From Malacoraja senta (taxonomy: Eukaryota): a stretch of DNA of 64,000 nucleotides. The notes under the pieces were generated by a model. It did no database searches. It saw only the letters and a program-made list of their open reading frames with translations, and was not told the DNA's origin. This document shows, piece after piece, positions 55,701 to 64,000 of this stretch. The DNA lies in NCBI GenBank assembly GCA_038087875.1, contig CM075992.1:1552001-1616000 (forward strand), written 5' to 3'. The position numbers and the translations under genes were made by a program. The stretch's first letter is position 1; every line of letters begins with the position of its first letter.

Positions 55701-58700
55701 CCGCTGTCTTTCTCCAGCATTTTTGTCTACCTTGTAACTGTTGGAGTCACTTCCAGCGCTGAACTCATTCTCTGGCAGATTGGAAAGACTGCATTTAGCA
55801 TATTGTGTTCAGTTCTGGGCACCATGTTAGAGGAAAGATATTGTCAAGCTTGAAAGGGCTCAGAAAAGATTTACGAGGGTGTTGCCAGGACTAGTGGGTG
55901 TAAGCTATAGGGAGAGATTGAGTAGGCTGGATCTCTATTCCATGGAGTGCAGGAGGATGAGGTGTACAAAATCATGAGAGGAATAGATCGGGTAGATGCA
56001 CAGAGTCTTTTGCCCAGAGTAGGGGAATCGAGGACCAGAGGACATAGGTTTAAGGTGAAGGGGAAAAGATTTAATAGGAATCCGAGGGGTAACTTTTTCC
56101 ACACACATGGTGGTGGGTGTATGGAACAAGCTGCTGGGGGGTGTAGTTGAGGCTGGGACTATTCCATCGTTTAAGAAACAGTTGGACAGGTACATGGATA
56201 GGACAGGTTTGGAGGGTTATGGACCAAGCACCGGCAGGTGGGACGAGTGTAGCTGGGACATTGTTGGCAGGTGTGGGCAAGTTGGGCCGAAGGACCGGTT
56301 TCCACACTGTATCACTCTATGACTCTGTGGTAGTGTTTCTGGAGATTGAAAATTAATGCATCTTATTGTCTTTTTATTTTAAAAAAACTGAAATTACAAA
56401 TTCTTTCCAAAAACTAAAGAAAAAAATAAAACACCAAAAACTCGAGCCCCAGCGTGGGACTAAAAATAATTGGGCCCAGTCAATTTGGATCAATGACGCA
56501 AACAGAAGGAAAAGCAAGTTATACCCTTAGGTAAATGCCAGTAATGATACATCATTACCGGTATAAAAAATGTCAAGGATGGGGTTAGATTCTTCATGTG
56601 TACCAATGGGGACTTTCTTAGAAATAGATATTTCTGGTTATAAGGTTTGATTATTATCTACAGGGACCAATGGTAAGTCATTGTTGCTATTTATGGGGTT
56701 GCTATTCATTGGAACTGCTTTGAGTCTGCTATTCATTGGAACTGCTTGATTTGTATGCAAAACCAAATACTCCGGATGCTCGAAATCTAAAATAAATACA
56801 GAAGCTGTTTATTTAAATATTTAGCATAATCTTTCCAGTGTTTTCACATATGATTTACACCAGTCGATTGCTGGTAATGAGGGTTAGTTGCTGATCTACT
56901 GGGTCTGTAGGGAGTTGTGATTTGTTGTCTTGGGTACATCGTTTGCTTATAGAAACATAGGGATAAGAGTGATAGAGAGGGAAGCAGAATGAACTTTTAG
57001 AAACATAGGAAGTAGGTGCAGGAGTAGGCCATTCGGTCCCACGAGCCAGCACCACCATTCAATATGATCATGGCTGATCATCCTAAATCAGTACCCCGTT
57101 CCTGCTTTTTCCCTCATATCCCTTGATTCTGTTAGCCCTAAGAGCTGTATCTAACTCGCTCTTAAATATCCAGTGAATTGGCCTCCTCCACTGCCTTCTG
57201 TGGCAGATAATTCCACATATTCACAACTCTCTGGCTGACAAAGTTTTTCCTCATCTCAGTCGGAAATGGCCGACCCCTTCTTAAACTGTGACCCCTGGTT
57301 CTGGACTCCCCCCAACATCGGGAACATTTTTCCTGCATCTAGCCTGTCCAATCCTTTAAGCGAATCCTTTAAGGGAAGCAAAAGTGCTGGAGAAACTTCA
57401 CCCGCTGAGTTTCTCCAGCACTTTTGTCTACCTTCGATTTTCCAGCATCTGCAGTTCCTTCTTAAATCCTTTAAGGGAAGCTGCAGGTTCGGAATGGCTG
57501 AGAGTATAGTGGTAATCAAAGATCATGGAGCGGAGCTATGATCTTTGGTGGTAATCGTAAAGATTGTGTATTTAGACCACTGTTTACGTGGCTATGCTGT
57601 TTAGACAGATTGAATTTTGATATGGTAGTAAATCACGAGAAGGACATTTGCATGCCTTGCATATCATTCTGTAGTTATAAACATGTCCACAATTTCGTCA
57701 TTGCTCCTACAATCTTTCTCGCCACAAGCTTGCACCTTATCTCCAACAAGCCTCCCATTGGCATGGAATTGATCCACAGAACTAATAGGAAACCATTATT
57801 TGAGAATAGTTGGAATAGAGACAATCATTACTGCGAAGAGCCGTCTGCTCAGACACTGAAATGCTAAGTTAATTGACAAAGTAGCAGAGTATTAGTTAAA
57901 TGCTAAACAGTGGGATTATTTACTTCAGTATGAAGAATAGAAAAACAATGTATATATAAATGGAGAAAAACGTTTAAATGTTAGTTTATAAGCAGCAAAT
58001 ATTAAGGCACATAGAGGGGTTAAGAATTTGTGGAATATTGGCCTTGGTTATAAGAGTTAAGAAAAGTGAAACTATGTGTCTGAGCAGACTTCTCAGTAAT
58101 GATTGTCTCTATTCCAGCTATTCTCAACTAATGGTTTACCTTTAGTTCTGTGGATCAATTCCACTCCAATGGGAAGCTTTGGGGTACAGCACCTTGAGTA
58201 TTGTGTGCAGTTTTGGTCTGCAGGTAGGATATATTTATCTTGGAAGCTATGCAGCTTCATTAGATCAATGCATGCCGGATATGTCGTATGCAGAGAGTTT
58301 GGGTAAGATTAGCCTGCACTCACTGCAGGTTTAGTTTAGAGATACAGAGCGGAAACAGGTCCTTCGGCCCACCGAGTCAGCGCGGAACAGTGATCCCCGT
58401 ACATTAACACTATGCTACATACTCTAAGGATAATTTATATTTATACCAAGCCAATTAACATACAACCTGTACATCTGTTCTATTCTGTTCTGTAGATTTT
58501 TGCACAATCCGCAGGCATTGTATGTAACAAATAAACCTGACTTGACTTGGTCTTTGGAGTGTGGGAGGAAACCGAAGATCTCTGATGAAACCCTCGCAGG
58601 TCACGGGGAGAACGTACAAACTCCGTACAGACAGCACCCGTAGTCGGGATGGAACTTGGGTCTCTGGTGCTGTAAGCGCTGTAAGGCAGCAACTCTACCG

Positions 58701-61700
58701 CTGCGCCACTGTGCCGCCAATGATGAAAACAAAATTATCTTTGATTCTGGAAAGGAACTGTCAAGGTCGAGCTTGGGGGATTATTTCCTTTAGTTTAAGT
58801 GTAGGGCATAAAATCAGGACAAGTGGTTGGTTGTTCAGAATAGAGGATATATTCTGTTGTTTCCAATGATTTTAATGATACTTTGTTGTCACATGTACCT
58901 AGGTACAGTGAAATGCTTTGTTTTGCATCCAACCTGGTAAAGCCGTATGGCAGACCTCATCTAGGCAGTGCACAACCTATCTACAGGTGGGTATGGGAGT
59001 GGGAAAGGGAATTAAAATGGCTTGCAGGAGAAAGCTCCAGCTAGCTCTTTTCCACGAGTAGTAGCTCTACTCAATAACCAAAAATCTGTAGCCTCCTTTT
59101 GCTCTGGTATTTTATTTAATTCACATGTTTAATCAATAATGTTTTATTGTTAATGTTTAATGTGTCATTCCTAACTGTCACTGTGTGTCATGTTGTCACT
59201 TGTGGGCGGAGCACCAAGGCAAATTCCTTGTATGTGGATATACTTGGCCAATAAACGGATTCATTCATTCAGTTCAGCGAAGTAGTTGCCTTGCCTACAC
59301 ATTAACTCACTGATGTAGAGGAGGCCATTGAATGCAATAGATAGGTTAAGTGGGGGGGGGGGGGGAAGCAGAACCATCTTTGCTGAAGAAAGTGGACATG
59401 TAGGATCAGGTGGAAAAATGGAGGAGCATAGATTCCGCTGTAATTTTACAGTTTGGCCAAGCGCGATTATCACCCCAGTTTCTGTTCCTGGAATGTTTTG
59501 CTTTGTACGTCATTCTGTCTAACAAAATCTTTCTGAAAGTTAAAAAATTCGTATCATTCTGCTAACATTCTTAAAGTACGACGCATAGTATGACAGATAT
59601 TTGCTTTCTGATTCCACGCTGGTTGTTTGTGTTGCTCCCTAGATACTGTCTTGACCTTGGGACGATTTCTATGCATTGCCTAGTTTTGAAATTGGGTCTG
59701 TAAGCCTGCAAGCGAGTCTAGAATAGATATGTTCTCTCCATAAAGAAGTAACTGATATCTATTTTGCTGGCCTGCTCTTGGCAATGTTGCTGAGGTAGCT
59801 TCTCTTCTCGAGCATTAGACTTGTTAACTAATCTCAAGCTGCTCTTAAATTATTGCTCACAATCAGTAGTAATATCCAATAATATTTCTGCATTACCAAT
59901 ATACAGTAACTGCAGTTTCCACCCACTACTGTCAATCTGTACTTAAAGCTGTGGAAAAGCATTGCCTTTTTTGGGTGTATAGCTATGAGCTTTTGTATAT
60001 CTTATCTTCAGACTCTTGTTGAGGTTTTGTGCTGAGCATGAGATGGAGAATGTCTGTTACATTCAGGGACATCCTCCTAAGCAGAATGCCCGCCAGATGC
60101 TGTGCGGGAGTATGCCTGGTTTCCATCACCCACCACTATGTTCTCATGTAGACAGATGGATCAGGAAATATGTTCACTACCTGACCCATTATTGTCATGG
60201 AAGAATAGGCCTCATCTTTCCTGAACCAAGGTTAAATGGCAAGATAGTCAAAATTGAAAAGTCCAAGCATGTAAAATGAATGAAGGGTCTCGACCCAAAA
60301 CATCACTTTTTCCTTTTCTCCAGAGATGCTGCCTGACCCACTGAGTTACTCCAGCATTTTGTGTCTATCTTTGGTGTAAATCAGTTTCTGCAGTTCCTTC
60401 TTACACATGTAAAATGCAAGTTGTAGGAAAGAACTGCAGATGCTGGTTTAAACAGAAGATAATCACAAAATGCTGGAGTAACTCAGCGGGATAGGCAGCA
60501 TCTCTGGATAAAATGAATGGGTGACATTTTGGGTTGAGACCCTTCTTCAGACTAGAGATGCTGTCTGTCCCGCTGAGTTACTCCTGCATTTTGGGTCTGT
60601 CTTCACGTTACAGAAGATGAGGGTTGGTTGTGTAGGCTGGGACTCTATTCCTTGGAGCACAGGAAGATCAGGGGTGACCTTATAGAGGTGTTTAAAAGCA
60701 CGAGAGGAATAGATCAGGTAGACACACAGAATCTCTTGCCCAGAGTAGGTGAATTGAGGACAAGAGGACATGGGTTTAAGGTGAGGGGGGGGAAATAATG
60801 AATAGGAATTTGAGGGGTAACTTTTTCACACAAAGGGTGGGTGTATGGAACGAGTTGCCGGAGGATGTCGTTGAGGCTGGTACTATTGCAACGTTTAAGA
60901 AACATTCAGATAGGTCCATGGATAGGCCAGGTTAGAGGGATGTGGGGCAAAAGCAGGCAGGTGGGACTAGTGTAGCTGGGACATGTTGACCGGCATGGGC
61001 AAGATTGGCCGAAGGGCCTGTTTCAATGCTGTATGAATCTATGACTATGACAGTAAAGCACAGAACAAAATGCAGCATTTATAGAGCCTTAAGGGTTCAA
61101 GGGGCATTTTCAATGACATTTTGAAACCAACTACAAAACGGGAGATTAAGACCATATATCAAAGATTGGTCTCAGAGGTCAGTTAGAAGATCTGTATTAA
61201 GAAAGAGCAGAAAGGCAGAGAGATTCAGGGAGGGATTTGCAGAACGTCAGGATGTTGGAGGCTGAACATATGGCCACCAGCTGGGAAGTGATTAAATCCG
61301 GGTCTGCTGGAATGGAAAAGTAGCAGGGAATGTTGGAGGAAGGATTGCAGACTTGCAGGGGGGTTCATACATGGCCTGTAGGAGTGGGAGCAGACGTGCA
61401 GATGGGGCAGAAAGAGAACAAATCACACCAGTCCACGCAGAGTGTAAAACCCCAGAATGTTTGTCCACTTGTCTCGATTCACACTGATCCCACGCACCGT
61501 TTCAATTTGTTAACCCTACCTGATGCCAGTTCTGTGGGGAGGCACTAATCTTCTTCACTGAGCCAGGTTGTAGTTTATTAATTAGGCTTAAAGAGAAGGA
61601 AATGCAAGATGAGAACTTTAAATATGAATACAATAATTCCCTGATTTATGAATGCTTAATTTTTTGCAATAACATTATTGACTATGTACCTTCAGTGTAC

Positions 61701-63515
61701 GAAGCAACTTTTCACTGTAATGAATAATGTGCCATTATTTGCGTATAACAATGTGTTGTACCAAAAAAACCACAGTGTATTTTACCCAGTCTTTTAGTTT
61801 ACAAAACTTTCACTTAATTAAATACATTTCAGAATACATCCGTTTTGTACATCAAAGAATTGCTGTGTAACAAAGGGCAATAGTGATGAAGCTTTTTTGT
61901 GAGATAATGTTATCCCAAAGTCACTGTGTGGTTGGCTACTCACTGAAGGAGAGTATCACTAGCACAAGTGATACAGACTAATTCGGATAAGCAAAGGTAC
62001 ACAAAAATGCTGGAGAAACTCAGCGGGTGCAGCAGCATCTATGGAGCGAAGGAAATAGGTAACGTTTCGGGCCGAAACCCTTCTTCAGAAACGTTACCTA
62101 TTTCCTTCGCTCCATAGATGCTGCTGCACCCGCTGAGTTTCTCCAGCATTTTTGTGTACCTTCGATTTTCCAGCATCTGCAGTTCCTTCTTTAACAATTC
62201 GGATAAGCAGTTGGTTAGACACACATTGGTGGCAGAGAGTAGGGAAGATTCAAGCAAGAGGACATGATTTGAGTATTAAGGGACAAAAGTTTAGGGGTGA
62301 CATGAGGGGGAACTTCTTTACTCAGAGTGTGGTAGCTGTGTGGAATGAGCTTCCAGTGGAAGTGGTGGAGGCAGGTTCGATTTTATCATTTAAAAATAAA
62401 ATGGTTAGGTATATGGATGGGAAAGGAATGGAGGGTTATGGTCTGAGTGCAGGTAGATGGGACTAGGTGACAGTAAGTGTTCGTCACGGACTAGTAGGGC
62501 CGAGATGGACTGTTTCCGTGCTGTAATTGTTATATGGTTATATCAGGGCTGGGATGCCTGGTTGAATAGGTCTGGGTAGAGATGTACTGAAATGGACGGG
62601 TGAAATGGGTGGAGGTACATTGGTTACACGACGAGGAAGAACAATGCTGGATAGGGCTTTTCCGGGTAGGAAGACCATAACAGTGGTCGCACCCACCCAG
62701 AAGGTGGGTATTGGAGGCTGGTGGTACAGTGTAGGATTCAGTAGAATTGGTGTGGTTGGTAATTCATCACACACTATGAGGCTGTGTCCAAAGGCTTTAA
62801 GAAGGAACTGCAGATGCTGGAAAATCGAAGGTAGACAAATCGAAGGTGGACAAAAGTGCTGGAGAAACTCGGAGGGTGCAGCAGCATCTAAGGAGCGAAG
62901 GAAATAAATTTCCTTCGCTCCTTAGATGCTGCTGCACCCTCCGAGTTTCTCCAGCACTTTTGTCTACCTGTGTCCAAAGTCTCGTGGGACCATTAACCCG
63001 CCACAAGGCTCATTGGGACTGGGAGGGCGCTGGAGCCATCAGATGTGAGGAGTGGGCCGGTAAGAGGGTGAACCAGGGTAATGCCTTCAGCGCCTTCAAT
63101 GTCGGCTGCAGGAGGCGTCCCTGAGACACAAAGATGGCTGGATGAGGATAGGAGAGGGACGTCGGTTCTCGGGAACTGCTCTGCTACTCTGAGCGCGCGG
63201 GCCGACCCGGACTTTGAATAATTGCGCCAAAAACTGCATATGTATAATATAATGTAAAAAATATATGCAAAAGGAATTTCGCTGTGCAGTTGCATATGTG
63301 ACAAATAAAGCTCCATTGACCATTGTGTACTGGTTGTGAGTGCATTCTCCTCTTGAACACTCGGTTCCTGGAATAGTGTGTAGATTTGCTTACTTGCACA
63401 GTACAATTCCATTCTTCAGCCCATCCATTAAGGTTTCAGGAAGAACGACTCCAATGACATCTTCAATCCATCTCCGAATATCCTCATCTTTTTGTGGGTC
63501 GTACTTCTGGGCAAT
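52730..63515 (-). CDS. CNN1: Calponin (calponin-1-like), exons 2-7; exon 1 lies beyond the window end
   Basis: Exons 63515-63394 ([26 protein letters not shown]), 61586-61520 ([17 protein letters not shown]), 54781-54644 ([16 protein letters not shown]), 54535-54419, 53831-53685 ([23 protein letters not shown]), 53032-52730. CH domain plus three calponin repeats. The CNN1 call rests on [17 protein letters not shown] and on adjacency to ELOF1-ACP5. AATAAA on the minus strand at 51601-51606. Confidence 0.9.
55640..55667 (+). ncRNA. Minimal hammerhead ribozyme-like motif
   Basis: CTGAAGA-A-GGG(CCTCGA)CCC-GAAA-CGTC. Confidence 0.55.
62061..62088 (-). ncRNA. Minimal hammerhead ribozyme-like motif (sense orientation in CNN1 intron 2)
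   Basis: Minus strand CTGAAGA-A-GGGT(TTCG)GCCC-GAAA-CGTT, at the centre of an inverted-repeat element (~61995-62190). Confidence 0.6.
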
Positions 63516-64000
63516 CTGTAGGTCACGAGGAAAACCAAGTGAATTCTCTTGAAAGTGCGTCCCTTGACTGGGCTAAAATATTCCCATGCCTCTTGACTTC
63601 TTGGACCAGCTGAAACCACTTCCCTATGACATCCGATGATACTAAAATGGCCGGTATCACAGATAATGTTATCAAAAATTGCAGCAGGATCTTGATCAGC
63701 TGCCAAAGTAGGCCGAAGACTGATTAATGCAGATATGTGCGTGATGTTCTACTTCGGGAAGGACAGGACCTTCACAATGAACAGTAGGCCCCTGGGGAGT
63801 GTTGTAGAGCAGAGGGATCCAAGAGTGCAGGTACATAGTCCCTTGACAGTGGCGTCACAGGTATATATGGGTGGTCAAGTCAGAGATAGGGAGGGATTTA
63901 ACCAGGGGGGATCGGATGGAGTCGAGGTATGTGGAAATAAGTTCGGTGGGAGTCGAGGTATTCGGCCCGAAACGTTGCCTATTTCCTTTGCTCCATAGAT

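Overview
Eukaryotic genomic DNA, very probably a cartilaginous fish (skate/ray-type repeats: HER1/CR1-like LINE 3' ends, HE1/V-SINE-like tRNA SINEs, Rex1, L2 and RTE fragments). Five intron-containing genes can be rebuilt by hand from splice sites. (1) The last exon of a TNF-superfamily ligand resembling 4-1BBL/CD70 (minus, 6362-6765). (2) ODAD3/CCDC151 exons 1-10 (minus, 21922-7837), with two single-base frameshifts; its 3' end is not seen and probably lies in a 200-N gap. (3) ACP5/TRAP (plus, 27626-37590). (4) ELOF1 (plus, 46918-50006), with a U12-type last intron and a CpG-island promoter. (5) Calponin CNN1-like exons 2-7 (minus, 63515-52730). The most striking non-genic signal is a family of short Penelope-derived elements, often in inverted pairs, carrying a minimal type-I hammerhead ribozyme core (CUGANGA-stem II-GAAACGUH). 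Also present: a cryptic ~62-bp CCAAT/GC-box repeat in ELOF1 intron 1, a 1-kb TIR element with a clear target-site duplication just upstream of the ELOF1 promoter, and very long CA/TG tracts between the divergent ODAD3 and ACP5 genes. Protein identities come from my recollection of the vertebrate proteins; no database search was run.
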